Source of the DNA: an uncultured Armatimonadetes bacterium
Lineage (GTDB): Bacteria; Armatimonadota; Hebobacteria; Hebobacterales; Hebobacteraceae
Length of the DNA: 64,000 nt
Reading direction: 5' to 3'
Assembly (NCBI GenBank): GCA_963716175.1
Contig: OY970296.1
Span: 992,001-1,056,000 of the forward strand
The notes under the pieces: generated by a model
Database searches by the model: none
Told to the model about the DNA's origin: nothing
The model's input: the letters and a program-made list of their open reading frames with translations, nothing else
Position numbers and translations under genes: made by a program
In this document: piece by piece, positions 17,839 to 27,543 of the stretch
How positions within the stretch are numbered: position 1 is the stretch's first letter
Layout: the number at the start of each line of letters is the position of its first letter

Positions 17839-19098
17839 CTATCGGCCGAGCAACTCCATCACCTTCTCGATGATGGTATCTTCAGCTTCCGGACGCAGCG
17901 GCGCAGGAAGGAGCGTGTAGAAGTAGTTGCCATCCACCTCGTACCCGCCTTCGGGGAAGCGGTGCTTGGGCATCACGTAGTCGGTGAGCACGGAGGGCCC
18001 GGCATAGGCGGCCACCAGGATGGGGCGGCCCAGGAGCATCTGCTTGATCCTCAGCCCGATCTCCACACCCACCTCCCCGCTCAGCGCGATCAAGGCGAAG
18101 TCGCCGATGGTGAGCACCTGCACCATCGCCGGGCAGCTTCGCGGCAGCGCCTCACCCCGTTCCAGGCTTGCCAGCATGCGGCCGGCCCAGGCGGCCCTCC
18201 AGGGATTGGTGTCACGCCGTGCCGCCTCTGCTTCCTCGCGCGTGGGCGGGTCAGCGAGAGGCAGTTCGAAGTCGGCTCTGCTCACGTGAAGCGGGCCCTC
18301 AAGCGAGCGCATCGGCCTTTGCAGCACCTCCGAGACGGCCTCCGCAAACTCGCCTCCCAGGCGCGCCACGTTTTCGAGGGGTCCGGACTGGAAGCGCCCA
18401 TCTGGCCCGATGTTGCGGACCTTGACGTCTCCGGCACAGCCCTGCAGGAACATCGCCTGCACGTCCGGGTGCTTCTGCTCGATGAGCTGCTGGGCGAAGC
18501 CCGGGTAGTCACCGCCTAACAGGTAACCCTCCCAGCTGCTCGGGTGGCAAGCGTAGCTCATCACCACCGCCTCTCCCGCGCGCAGCACCGCGACTTCGGG
18601 GTCGGTCGGACCATCGGGGTTGGGCTGCATCACGATCCCCTCGGGGGTGCTGCGACGCCGGTTCACGCCGACGTGACAGGCACCGACACCGAACCCTAGA
18701 GCGCCCTCGCGGAGACCGGTAAACGCCTTCTCGGCCGCTTTCCCCACGTTGTCAACGAGTTCCGCAACGTAGTCGCGGTCGAAGTCGGGGTAGATCGGCC
18801 ACTCTCGCTCGTTGATGGCTGGCCCGGAGTGGGTATGTGAGGCGGTGAGGATGATCTCGCGCGGCTCCAGGCCAAGCGCACCCCGGAGGCGCTGCTCGAT
18901 CCGCCCCTGGAGCAGATCGTCGAAGAAGAGCAGATCGGTGCTGATCAAGGCGGCGCGGTTCTGCCCGTCATCGAGTGCCAGCACTTTGGCGAACAGGTCC
19001 TGGTAGACGCCTTCCGACGGCCGGTTCCGCGTGAAGAAGCCCGCCATCCAGACCGGGCGTGTTGGTGTGATGGTGATAGCCGCCGTGCCGATCTTCAT
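17839..19098 (-). CDS. Neutral/alkaline ceramidase N-terminal-like hydrolase
   Basis: ITP…MAGF, ASHTHSGP, VNRR, YACHP, QGCAGD, EGGYE motifs. Confidence 0.8.
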   Translation of the reverse strand: MKIGTAAITITPTRPVWMAGFFTRNRPSEGVYQDLFAKVLALDDGQNRAALISTDLLFFDDLLQGRIEQRLRGALGLEPREIILTASHTHSGPAINEREWPIYPDFDRDYVAELVDNVGKAAEKAFTGLREGALGFGVGACHVGVNRRRSTPEGIVMQPNPDGPTDPEVAVLRAGEAVVMSYACHPSSWEGYLLGGDYPGFAQQLIEQKHPDVQAMFLQGCAGDVKVRNIGPDGRFQSGPLENVARLGGEFAEAVSEVLQRPMRSLEGPLHVSRADFELPLADPPTREEAEAARRDTNPWRAAWAGRMLASLERGEALPRSCPAMVQVLTIGDFALIALSGEVGVEIGLRIKQMLLGRPILVAAYAGPSVLTDYVMPKHRFPEGGYEVDGNYFYTLLPAPLRPEAEDTIIEKVMELLGR

Positions 19099-19246
19099 CT
19101 CACGCCGCGTTCCTTTCCGACAAGCCGGACAACCCATGCCCGCTCGGCCTTCGGCAACGGCCGCAGCCCTCCCTGCTCACGGCCGGCAAGGGAGAGGCCG
19201 CCATCGGGTGGAAACTGAGCACTCATACGCTGCACTGTAGGAGGAG

Positions 19247-19900
19247 ATGATGTCGGGTATCACCGTTCCGAAGAACAGCTTCGTCCATCCCTCAGCGGTG
19301 CTCGATGGAAGTATCAGCATCGGCGAGCACTCGTGGGTGGCGGAGGGAGCGATGCTGAAGGGGGATATCACGATCGGAGATGGCTCCTACATCGGGGAAA
19401 GGAGCGTCTTGTCCGGCCGCATCACAGTCGGCAGCCACACGCGCATTCAGATCGGGGTTGTCATTCGCGGGACCAATGCCATCGGCAGCTATGTGAACAT
19501 CTACGATCTGGTGAACATCGAAGGCGGCCGGCCGAAGGGCTACCACGACTCCGACGACCGGTCTGTCATCAGCGACTACGGCTGGGTGAACCACGGCGCG
19601 ACCATGCACGGATCGCACGTAGGAAGTGGCGCCGCGGTCGGCATCAATGCGGCTCTGGACTACAACACGATTCTCGGTGAGGGCGCCATCCTCCTCAACG
19701 GCAGTGCAACGACGGTCAACACGACGATCCCCGCCAACGCCATCGCCCAGGGCGTTCCCGCGCAGGTCGTGAAGGAGAACATCACCGACGCGGACCGCGT
19801 GCGGATCATGGGACTGGTTCCGAGCGAATGGGTGAGAATCGAGGCCGAGGGGATCATGCACTGGGTCAAGGGGCAGCTAGAGGCCATGGGGAGGAGCTGA
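19247..19900 (+). CDS. Left-handed beta-helix (hexapeptide repeat), gamma-carbonic-anhydrase-like protein
   Basis: Repeated [LIV]-G-x4 hexapeptides; NHGATMHG; GVPA tail; AGGAG RBS. Confidence 0.75.
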   Translation: MMSGITVPKNSFVHPSAVLDGSISIGEHSWVAEGAMLKGDITIGDGSYIGERSVLSGRITVGSHTRIQIGVVIRGTNAIGSYVNIYDLVNIEGGRPKGYHDSDDRSVISDYGWVNHGATMHGSHVGSGAAVGINAALDYNTILGEGAILLNGSATTVNTTIPANAIAQGVPAQVVKENITDADRVRIMGLVPSEWVRIEAEGIMHWVKGQLEAMGRS

Positions 19901-19921
19901 ACTAACCGCAGGCAGCGGCGC

Positions 19922-20687
19922 CTATGGCAGCCCGAAGAGGCGGGCGATGTTGCCGCCCATAATCAGGTCTTTCTCCTCGGCAGTCACCTCGCCGTCGAGC
20001 AGTGCGTGGTACTTGGCGACCTCAACGTGCATCAGGCTGAAGGGAGTGTCACTGCCGAAGCATACGCGCGATGCGCCAAGCGTACGGATCGCCTTCAGCA
20101 CCGCCACCTCGCGCACGCCGCTGCCGATCAGTGTGATATTGGGGCGCTGCTGGGCGAACTCGATCATCGCATTGGTGAGATCGGCGTGCCCGACTCCCCC
20201 CATGTGGACCGCCAGGATCGGCAGGCCAGGGTACTCCGCTGCGATCTTGGCGACGCGAAAAGGATGGGTCTGCTCGAAAGCGTCCGCGCCGACGTGAAAC
20301 GCGAGTCGGCTGCCGAGCCTGGCCACCTCTCTGATCACCGGTAGCGAAAGCTCCGGGTCATCTGATGTAGAAGCTGTTCTGCGCGCCGTTCAGCTTCACG
20401 CCATGGAAGCCATAGTCTTCGATGCACCGGCGGGCGGCAGCGATGGCCTGCTCGACCCCGAGGTTCGGGTCAGCCCAGCCAAAGCCAAGGATGCGATCCG
20501 GGTATCGCCTGGTGGCCTGATAGACGTACGCGTTCGCCTCCTCGATCTCGCGGCGATAGGGCGGCTGCAGCCAGGTCAGGGCTTTCCCAATGCCCGAGCG
20601 ATCCATGCGGCGGAGCAGCTCTTCGATGCCGATACTCACCGCGCTTTCCGGGGTGGGCGAGATATGGCAATCCGCATCTATGATCAT
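19922..20687 (-). pseudogene. Amidohydrolase_2 family protein with a +1 frameshift near 20363
   Basis: MIIDADCHI…GVKLNGAQNSFYI then, after removing one base, DDPELSLPVIREVA…HMGG…FGSDTPF. Confidence 0.8.
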
Positions 20688-21154
20688 CTCAGCCTCCCTT
20701 GCGCGCCCTGCGCAGTGCTCCCAGCTCGCGGCTCCGGAAGCCAAATCCCTGGTTCGACCGCGGACGGGCTTGCACCTGGCAGGGCTGTCGCTCGTGCCGC
20801 CGAGGGGCGGGGGGCGGGGCGCCAGCGATAGGGCTCTGCTCCACCAGCCCATAGCGGCATTGGTAGGTTGCGTTCACCCCAGGGGAAAGCTTACGCGGCG
20901 TGTGAGAGCTGCTCTCCGGGTGGTCGCCTCTTGGCCGATAGTCACCACAAAGGGCCGTTCGGGTGTGCTCGGAGAGCACAGGGCGACCGAGACTTGTGAT
21001 GTATCCTGCAGGCAAACCGGTGAGGAGCTCACATGCTCGCGGGCATCAGGTCGGTACCTCGGAGGCAGAGGCCGCTGGAGGAGCGGGACGAGCTGCGCGG
21101 CCTCAGCCCAGATAGAGGATCCATCTCAAGCGCCGCCAGGAGAGGGGTGATGGT

Positions 21155-22288
21155 ATGACACGCGGATTCCGCATCGGACGGGTGTTCGGCATCGAGATCG
21201 AGATTGACTACACCTGGTTCGTGATCTTCTTCCTCCTGGTCTACATGCTCGCCAGCCCAAACGGGCCCTTTGGGCGAGGCATCCTGGCGGCCCCGGTTGG
21301 GCTTCGTGTGGCGATGTCGGTTTTGGCAGCACTGCTCTTTTTCGGCAGCGTGCTACTGCATGAGCTGTCTCACTCTGTGGTGGCGCTGCGCAATGGCATG
21401 AAGATCACGGGTATCACGCTGTTCATCTTCGGGGGCGTCTCCAAGTTGAGCGACGAGCCCCAGAGCCCGGGCATCGAGTTCCGGATGGCGATTGCCGGTC
21501 CTATCACCAGCTTCGTGCTCGCCGCCATCTTCTTCGCGCTCGCGCGCGGCGTGCACGTGGGCATCCACGGGGTCGTCCTGGGCACCGTCTTCGCGTGGCT
21601 GGCCGCCATCAATGCTATGCTGGGCCTGTTCAACCTGCTGCCGGGCTTTCCCCTCGATGGTGGGCGCGTGCTCCGTGCCACCCTATGGCGCTGGCTGCGC
21701 AGCCTGGGCGAGGCCACCCGCATCGCCGCCGCTTCCGGCCGCGGCCTTGGCGCTCTCATGATCGTGGGAGGCATCTTCCTGTTCCTGACCGGCCAGGGAC
21801 TCAACGGTATCTGGCTGGCCATGATCGGTTGGTTCCTCACCAACGCGGCGCACGCGAGCTACCAGCAGCTGGTAGTCCGCCAGGCTCTGGCAGGAGTGCC
21901 GGTATCCACGGTGATGACCCGTGAGGTCCATTCCGTGCCGGGCGACCTCACCCTTGAGGAGCTCATCCACGAACACATCCTGACCTACGATCACTCGTCA
22001 TACCCGGTGTTCGACGGCGACCAGCTCGTAGGCACGCTCACCCTCAAGAGCGTGGGCGCGGTGCCGCGCGAGAAACGTGCCGCGGTGACTGCGCGCGAAG
22101 TGGCGTCACCTCTCTCCCAGGACCAGACCATCTCGCCGGAGGCGGACCTATGGACCACGCTGACCAAAATGGCCGCCAGTGGCGACGGTCCTTTGCTCGT
22201 CATCTCCCGTGTCTCCCTGGTCGGTATCATCTCGCGGTCGGACATTATGCGGTCGATGCGGACGCGGATGGAGCTCGGCATCCCCTGA
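21155..22288 (+). CDS. Site-2 protease (M50) with tandem CBS domains
   Basis: HELSH zinc motif, FNLLPGFPLDGG, C-terminal CBS pair. Confidence 0.92.
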   Translation: MTRGFRIGRVFGIEIEIDYTWFVIFFLLVYMLASPNGPFGRGILAAPVGLRVAMSVLAALLFFGSVLLHELSHSVVALRNGMKITGITLFIFGGVSKLSDEPQSPGIEFRMAIAGPITSFVLAAIFFALARGVHVGIHGVVLGTVFAWLAAINAMLGLFNLLPGFPLDGGRVLRATLWRWLRSLGEATRIAAASGRGLGALMIVGGIFLFLTGQGLNGIWLAMIGWFLTNAAHASYQQLVVRQALAGVPVSTVMTREVHSVPGDLTLEELIHEHILTYDHSSYPVFDGDQLVGTLTLKSVGAVPREKRAAVTAREVASPLSQDQTISPEADLWTTLTKMAASGDGPLLVISRVSLVGIISRSDIMRSMRTRMELGIP

Positions 22289-22423
22289 GCACGAGGAGAT
22301 GATGTGCCTTGCGAAAGCAGCCGGCATAGGGGCCGGCCGCCCGCTTCTCTGGCGGAGGGTGCCGAACTGGCCGGGCAAGAGCGGAGGACGAGCGCGATGC
22401 GTGCTACGAGAGCGCGAGACCAC

Positions 22424-23782
22424 ATGAACCGGGATTCCGACCGCGGCTGGCGACGGCTGTCCGGGTGGCTGGTAGTGGCAGTCGCCGCCTGTGGCCTGGC
22501 AACTGCTCTCGCCGGTCCCGCGACGCCTCCAGTCGCGGTGATCAACATCAGGGGGATGATTGACGTCCCCACCGCGGAGTACCTGAATCACGGCCTGGAG
22601 ATCGCCCGCCAGAGAAACGCGCAGTGCCTGGTCGTCACCCTGGACACACCCGGCGGTATGGGCCAGCCGATGATCGACATGACCGAGGCCTTGCTCAACT
22701 CCACCATCCCGACGGTCGTGTTCGTCTACCCCGCGGGAGCTTGGGCGATGTCGGCCGGCACCTTCATCACCCTCGCTACCAACGTCGCCGCCATGAACCC
22801 GGACACGAACATCGGCGCGGCGCACCCAGTCGGCTTGTTCGGCGGCGCGCCGGCGCCGCCTCACGACCCGGAGACGCAGAAGATCCTGAATGCCTTCGCT
22901 GGGCGCATTGGCGTGATCGCCAAGGAGCGGGGCCGCAACGTCGCCTGGGCAGAGCAAGCGGTCCGCAGCAGCGCCACCCTCTCCGCCAGCGATGCCGTCA
23001 AGATGCACGTGGTGAACTTCCTCGCCAGCGACATGCCCGACTTGCTGGCGAAGCTCGACGGCCGGGTGGTGACCGTTGCGGGTAACCGGAAGGTCGTCCT
23101 CCACACCGTCGGAGCCCCCCTGCTTCTGGTTCCGCCTAGCCTCAAGGACCAGTTCCTCCACCTCCTCTCCGACCCCAATATGCTGCTCGTGCTGATGGTG
23201 CTGGCGGGCATGGGCCTGCTGTTCGAGTTCCTGCATCCAGGTGCCATCTTCCCGGGGATAGTGGGGGTGATCTGCCTGCTACTCACCCTCTACTCGATGG
23301 CGGTGATCCCGGTCAGGCCGGCCGGGGTGGGGCTGATCGTGTTCGCCTTGCTGCTCTTCGCGGCCGATGTCAAACTGGCCTCCCACGGTGTGCTCACTGT
23401 TGGCGGCATCGCCTCCTTCATTCTGGGGGCGCTGATGCTCACCGGCGGCGTCGCCTCCCGGGGACTGCAGCCGGCGTGGGTGGTGATCCTCACCCTGGTT
23501 GGGATGCTCGTGCTCTTCTTCGGGTTCCTGGTGCGCGCCGTCTACCGAGCCCGCAAGAGAAAGGTGCAGACCGGCGAGGAAGCGATGCTGGGAGAGAAGG
23601 GCCGCGCCCTGACCGCGCTCAACCCCAATGGCGAGATCTCCCTGGAAGGAGAGCTGTGGAAAGCTCGATCGCTCGAGGGCGACATCGCCGCGGGCGAGCA
23701 GATCGAGGTGGCCGGAGAGGATGGTCTGACCTTGCTCGTCCGCCGCAGCGGAGACCATCGCTCCGAGGCCGCGCAGGCCTAG
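22424..23782 (+). CDS. nfeD: NfeD-like membrane-bound serine protease (long form)
   Basis: LDTPGG, AMSAG, NIGAAHPV, TM block, C-terminal OB domain GELWKARS; start uncertain (22397 or 22424). Confidence 0.88.
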   Translation: MNRDSDRGWRRLSGWLVVAVAACGLATALAGPATPPVAVINIRGMIDVPTAEYLNHGLEIARQRNAQCLVVTLDTPGGMGQPMIDMTEALLNSTIPTVVFVYPAGAWAMSAGTFITLATNVAAMNPDTNIGAAHPVGLFGGAPAPPHDPETQKILNAFAGRIGVIAKERGRNVAWAEQAVRSSATLSASDAVKMHVVNFLASDMPDLLAKLDGRVVTVAGNRKVVLHTVGAPLLLVPPSLKDQFLHLLSDPNMLLVLMVLAGMGLLFEFLHPGAIFPGIVGVICLLLTLYSMAVIPVRPAGVGLIVFALLLFAADVKLASHGVLTVGGIASFILGALMLTGGVASRGLQPAWVVILTLVGMLVLFFGFLVRAVYRARKRKVQTGEEAMLGEKGRALTALNPNGEISLEGELWKARSLEGDIAAGEQIEVAGEDGLTLLVRRSGDHRSEAAQA

Positions 23783-24047
23783 CAGAGCCTTTCCCTCGCG
23801 CGACCATGACCCGGTCTTGGTCCGCCACGAGCATTTGCCCTCGGGGGAATCCCAATCAGATGCGGTGATCGGCAAAGGCAACTGATCCCCGGTAAGGCCA
23901 CGAGCACAATCCCCAGCAGATGTGCGTGGCCGCGAACGCATCGGCCCGCCCTGGAGCTGCCTCCCGGAGGCGGCCCCAGGAACCGCATCTGTGTTGTGAG
24001 GGTGCAGCCTCCGCAGGAGGCCGCACCCTCGGATGCCGGTCGAGACG

Positions 24048-25235
24048 TCACCTCGGGAGCGCTGGGCGTCCTATCCAGAGCGGTGTGCCATCCGATCTCC
24101 GCAACTCGATCCGCTCATCGTGCCAGGTGATGACGCTCGCCAGCATGACCTGCTTCCCTTGCACCGTCACCACGGAGCCTGTCACGCTCACCTCATCTCC
24201 TGCCGTCGGTGTCAGGCGCAGTTGCCGCATGTACCAGGCCGGCGCCAGGTGGACCAGCAGCTCGCGCCCTTCCCGGGATCGCACCGCAATCCCGAGGCCC
24301 TGCCCTGACAGCTCCGTAGGCGTGATCCTCCCCACTCGAACTACCTGCCCGGTGATGGTCTCGATGGCACTCGGGTTGTAGAGCCGGCCGTAGCGCGAGC
24401 CAGGCCCCCATCCGCCCCAGTTCCGCCAGCCGCCGGCCCACGCCGGCACGCCCTCGTCGCTCCTCAGGCGAACCTTCTTGCCGCCACGCTCCACCACCGA
24501 GGCGATCAGCACATCCTGCTTCTGCCACTTCACCTCCGCGCCGCTCACGGTAACTTGCTCGCCCTGCTTGAGATTCGGGAGTTCATCGTGGATGAACCAA
24601 GCCGGCCCCAGGTGCACTTGCACCTGCTTGCTCTGAGGCGTCCTCAGGCGCAGCATCACTCCCGCGCCCGTCTCTTCGCCACCGGGCCAGATCTCCTCCA
24701 CCGACTCGATCTGGCCAACCACCGTTCGCTTCTCACCGCTGTCCCACACCTCGCTGTAGCGCTGCCATGCGGCCGAGCTGCCCCCCAGCCCGAGAGGAGC
24801 GCCATCAGCTGTTCGGAGCGGATAGGTAGCGCCGCCCCAGATCACTTCCCGCGCGACGACCGCCTCCTGCCCTCGCTCCTGAATGGGCATGCCGATCACC
24901 TCGACGGTGTCGCCAGGGGCTGGCTTCAGTCCGAGTTCGGTCAGGAACCAGGGAGGCCCCAACAGCACCGTGCGCACCGCCCCGGTCTCGGCGCGCACTG
25001 TCATCGGACTACCCAGGGCTTGACCGCGCCCCGCCACAGGTGCCTCCACAACCGTCCCGCGAAACGTCACCTCCTTGGCCTTGTCCCAGGCCAATGCCAC
25101 TCCGCCATGCCGGGCACCCCTTTGGCCTCTGTAGCCGGGCCCGCCTCGGCCCCGCATTCGGCCCGCTTGCGCAGCCGTCGGCAGTGCCAGCGCCGCCACC
25201 AGGATCACAATCGCCAGGTACCTGTTCCAGTTCAT
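24048..25235 (-). CDS. Secreted protein with three tandem OB-fold-like repeats
   Basis: Signal peptide AQA; three ~110-aa repeats each with V(H/L)LGP/APxW[FY]…G..V.V.G…LR…G.P. Confidence 0.7.
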   Translation of the reverse strand: MNWNRYLAIVILVAALALPTAAQAGRMRGRGGPGYRGQRGARHGGVALAWDKAKEVTFRGTVVEAPVAGRGQALGSPMTVRAETGAVRTVLLGPPWFLTELGLKPAPGDTVEVIGMPIQERGQEAVVAREVIWGGATYPLRTADGAPLGLGGSSAAWQRYSEVWDSGEKRTVVGQIESVEEIWPGGEETGAGVMLRLRTPQSKQVQVHLGPAWFIHDELPNLKQGEQVTVSGAEVKWQKQDVLIASVVERGGKKVRLRSDEGVPAWAGGWRNWGGWGPGSRYGRLYNPSAIETITGQVVRVGRITPTELSGQGLGIAVRSREGRELLVHLAPAWYMRQLRLTPTAGDEVSVTGSVVTVQGKQVMLASVITWHDERIELRRSDGTPLWIGRPALPR

Positions 25236-25570
25236 CTCTGCACCTCACGTTCCAGGCTGTTCCCGCCATGGGTGCAGCCTTACGGCCCACAGGCGAGGTG
25301 CCCTTGTGCGTTCGCGCCACACGCGCGGGCCCTCCATTGCCCCAGGTTGGCCCGCGGGCCGCCGTGTTCGCCGGACTGATGCCTGCAGCTGGGGTCATCG
25401 CCTGCACGCGGCCCGAGTGATCGGTAGGCAGTCTCCCATGCCTGCCCCGGTGCATTGCGCGTTCTTCTAACATCCATCGCTGCCTATCCGGACAGCGACA
25501 GCAACCAGCGGGTTGATCCACCTCGGGCACACCTTCTATCATCACCCAAGACACCTATGGAGGAAGACCG

Positions 25571-26128
25571 ATGAGGAAGGCTGCGATTGCCCTGCTGACC
25601 ATCGCCGTGGCCAGCCTGGCTGCGATCGCGTATGCCCAGGCCACTCGCCGGGCAGTGACCGATGACCCCACCGCGGGCGTGGCATCGGGGGTGGTTCACA
25701 ACGGCCATCTGCTGGTGCTCCGCGACAACGTCATCAGCATCTATCGGCTCGACGACCTGCCTCGCCTGGCCCTGGTCAACGCGGTCGAGATCCCTACGTC
25801 CATGGAGACGGCCAGGCAGATGATGGGCAGGCTGGGCACGAGTGGGAGCCAGACCGCCGAAGCGTCCGAGCCAGGAAAGCCCGCCGCGATCGAGATGGGG
25901 CGGAAGGCCTATCTCGGCCAGAGCTGCTCTGACTGCCACCGCATCGGCGGCAGGGGTGGCATGGTCGGGCCGGACCTCAGTGATGAGGGTACGCGCCACA
26001 ACGCCGAGTGGATCAGGAAGAAGATCACCGACCCCAGGGCTTCGGATGCCAACAGCATGATGCCGGCTTACCACCTGCCCGAGGGCGAGCTGGGCGCGCT
26101 CGCCGAGTACCTGGCGTCGCTTCACTGA
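25571..26128 (+). CDS. Exported monoheme c-type cytochrome
   Basis: Signal peptide; CSDCH heme motif, GPDLS, distal MMP; GGAGG RBS. Confidence 0.88.
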   Translation: MRKAAIALLTIAVASLAAIAYAQATRRAVTDDPTAGVASGVVHNGHLLVLRDNVISIYRLDDLPRLALVNAVEIPTSMETARQMMGRLGTSGSQTAEASEPGKPAAIEMGRKAYLGQSCSDCHRIGGRGGMVGPDLSDEGTRHNAEWIRKKITDPRASDANSMMPAYHLPEGELGALAEYLASLH

Positions 26129-26154
26129 ATCGCGGGTTACAGGTCCTGGCGCGC

Positions 26155-27543
26155 ATGCACTACCCATTCTGGTACATCCCGGGGTTGATGTCGCCCATGC
26201 TGATTGCCATCATCGCGACGCTCCACGTATTCGTCGCGATGTTCGCGGTGGGCGGCGGGCTCGTGATGGCCCTGGGCACGCACGCCGGCCATCGCGATCA
26301 CGACCAGCAGCTCATCGCCTACTTCGGCTCCTTCGCCTGGTTCTTCGTGCTGATCACAGTGGTCTTTGGGGCGATCACCGGAGTGGGGGTGTGGTGGACG
26401 ATCGGACTCGCTTCTCCCCTGGCGACCGAGGAGCTGATTCACATCTTCGTGTTCGTGTGGGCGATGGAGTACGCAACCTTCCTGGTCGAGATCGTGTCCG
26501 CGTTCGTGTTCTTCCACGGCTGGAGGCGGCTCGATGCGCGGACCCACCAGGCGGCGCTGTGGAGCTACGCGGGGTCGGCCTGGCTGAGCCTGGTGCTGAT
26601 CACGGGCATCACCGCGTTCATGCTCCACTCCGGCAACTGGCTGCCAGGGCAAGGGCTGTGGCGCGCCTTCTGGAATCCGCAGGCGATTCCTCAGATCGTG
26701 GCGCGGACCGGCAGCTCGCTGCTGCTCGCCGCCCTCTTCATCTTCCTGCACGCGGCCTTCAGGCTCCCCGGACAAGACGGCCTGCGCGCCAGCATCGCCC
26801 AGCACGCCGCGCGCTGGGCCATGCTCGGCGGGTTGCTCGTGATCGTCGGCGGGATCGCCTGGTTCACCTTCTCTCCCCCCAGCGCGCGGGCGGCCTTGGA
26901 GGCCGCGGCCACCTTGAACCTGCTCATTGTGCTGCTCTTCGCGCTCACCGCGACTGTGGTCGTGATGCTCTACGTCGGGCCCTACCGGCATCCCGGCTGG
27001 GTCAACCCCGGGTTCGCCATCCTGTTCTTCGCCATGGGCTTTGCCGCCACCAGCACCGGCGAGTTCGTGCGGGAGGCCGTGCGCAAGCCCTACGTGGTGT
27101 ACGGCAGCATCCTGGGGAATGGCATTCGCGCGTCGGAGGTGCCTCGGGCGCGTGCCGAGGGGCTGCTGAACGTGGGCCTCTGGCCGCGGCTGTGGATGTC
27201 GGATCACCACCCCGATGTCATGGCTCCGGGAGGCCGCGTGGATGAGCCCCGGCTGATGCTCCAGCCCCAGGAGCAACGCCAGCAGATCGGCAGAGTCGTC
27301 TTCCTCTACCACTGCAACGATTGCCATGCGGTGCGAGGCTACTCTGCCATTAGCCAGCTCACTCGGGGCAAGACGCGCGGCATGATGATGGACATCATGC
27401 TTCAGCTCAACCGGGCGGACTTCTTCATGCCGCCATTCTCGGGGCGGCCGGAGGAAGCGGAGGTGCTGCTCGACTACCTCGCCACCGTCATGGAGCCTTA
27501 CCCGCCAGGGCTGGTGGAGGCGAGTGGAGAGAAGTCACGGTGA
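26155..27543 (+). CDS. Cytochrome bd subunit I-like membrane protein with C-terminal cytochrome c domain
   Basis: LHVFVAMFAVGGG, GAITGVGVWW, WAME, EFVREAVRKPY motifs; CNDCH and FMPPF; start re-called to MHYPFWY. Confidence 0.8.
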   Translation: MHYPFWYIPGLMSPMLIAIIATLHVFVAMFAVGGGLVMALGTHAGHRDHDQQLIAYFGSFAWFFVLITVVFGAITGVGVWWTIGLASPLATEELIHIFVFVWAMEYATFLVEIVSAFVFFHGWRRLDARTHQAALWSYAGSAWLSLVLITGITAFMLHSGNWLPGQGLWRAFWNPQAIPQIVARTGSSLLLAALFIFLHAAFRLPGQDGLRASIAQHAARWAMLGGLLVIVGGIAWFTFSPPSARAALEAAATLNLLIVLLFALTATVVVMLYVGPYRHPGWVNPGFAILFFAMGFAATSTGEFVREAVRKPYVVYGSILGNGIRASEVPRARAEGLLNVGLWPRLWMSDHHPDVMAPGGRVDEPRLMLQPQEQRQQIGRVVFLYHCNDCHAVRGYSAISQLTRGKTRGMMMDIMLQLNRADFFMPPFSGRPEEAEVLLDYLATVMEPYPPGLVEASGEKSR

